A stretch of 64,000 bases of DNA from the NCBI GenBank assembly GCA_032127265.1, contig JAQAZP010000027.1, forward strand, positions 47 to 64,046, given 5' to 3'. The DNA comes from Acidobacteriota bacterium (lineage in GTDB: Bacteria > Acidobacteriota > JAQAZP01). Position 1 is the first letter of the stretch; every line of letters starts with the position of its first letter. This document shows positions 63,779-64,000 of the stretch, piece by piece. The notes under the pieces were generated by a model, which was not told the origin of the DNA, did not search any database, and worked only from the letters and a program-made list of their open reading frames with translations. A program made the position numbers and the translations under genes.

Positions 63779-64000
63779 ATTTGAACTGCATTGAAACACA
63801 ATTGTGACAAACATGTATCGTAATACGGTTTCACTCGATTCATGGTCAATTAACATCTTTATTCAAAACATTTAAACATATGTCCATGGTGACGGTGGAT
63901 TGCGGGAATGTATCGTTAAACAATCACTGTCTGATTGATATGATGGACATGAGCATAATGTCTATTTACGGATGTGTCAAAAATCTATATAAGTGGACTA

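Noticed and set aside
1-64000. tRNA, rRNA or tmRNA genes
   Set aside because: No intergenic region shows tRNA-like acceptor/T-arm signatures (for example GGTTCGAATCC-type). Intergenic spaces are short and occupied by the features listed.

Overview
This is a high-GC (about 65%) bacterial chromosomal segment with dense, mostly overlapping or coupled genes and no rRNA, tRNA or CRISPR that I could see. The gene content points to an anaerobic or metal-respiring lineage (Geobacter-/Desulfobacterota-like features: multihaem cytochromes, NrfD modules, sigma-54 control), but the taxonomy is uncertain.

Content, in order:
- 1-6.3 kb: the 3' end of a glycoside-hydrolase-like gene, an MltF-like lytic transglycosylase lipoprotein, and a large hybrid GAF/PAS histidine kinase.
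- 6.3-16.4 kb: a glycan or glycoconjugate locus containing a FemAB/GNAT-like acyltransferase, two GT-C membrane glycosyltransferases of the GT39 (PMT/ArnT-like) type, a polyprenyl-phosphate GT2, a second GT2, a Wzx-type flippase and a hypothetical protein.
- 16.4-21.2 kb: a minus-strand operon of a dehydrogenase (GTG start with AGGAGG), a fused LeuC-LeuD-like dehydratase, leuC and leuD.
- 21.5-26.7 kb: a lipoprotein aryl-sulfotransferase-like beta-propeller gene, an IS607-family element (serine-recombinase TnpA plus TnpB), a decayed BlaI/M56 (BlaR1-like) pair with a clear operator-promoter, and a decayed second ASST-like copy.
- 26.9-31.8 kb: Lon protease, then a lipoprotein with an N-terminal unknown domain plus a sulfatase-fold domain that lacks the C/S-x-P-x-R motif.
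- 32.2-38.0 kb: a suf Fe-S cluster operon in the order sufC, sufB, sufD, a Rieske protein, sufS, sufU.
- 38.1-41.0 kb: a cytochrome-bd-like CydA homologue fused to a C-terminal dihaem cytochrome c, with a membrane partner.
- 41.1-45.3 kb: an ECF-type Ni/Co importer (a His-rich periplasmic protein, cbiM, cbiQ, and cbiO with a His-rich tail), then a membrane metallophosphoesterase and NikR.
- 45.3-47.8 kb: a frameshifted YheT-like hydrolase and a secreted Cys-peptidase-like protein.
- 47.9-52.3 kb: an AttEFGH-like ABC exporter operon (ATPase, fused double-FtsX permease, AttH/CrtC-like lipoprotein).
- 53.2-61.9 kb: two oppositely oriented modules of tetrahaem cytochrome c, Tat 4Fe-4S protein and NrfD-like subunit, a 13-haem membrane cytochrome and small proteins.
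- 62.0-63.8 kb: a sigma-54 activator with a degenerate LMW-PTP-like N-terminal domain, followed by an AT-rich tail.

Intergenic and structural signals: two families of structured intergenic repeats; a 25-bp perfect palindrome upstream of the ABC operon; homopolymer tracts (C11, G9); and several apparent frameshifts that are either pseudogenes or assembly errors.
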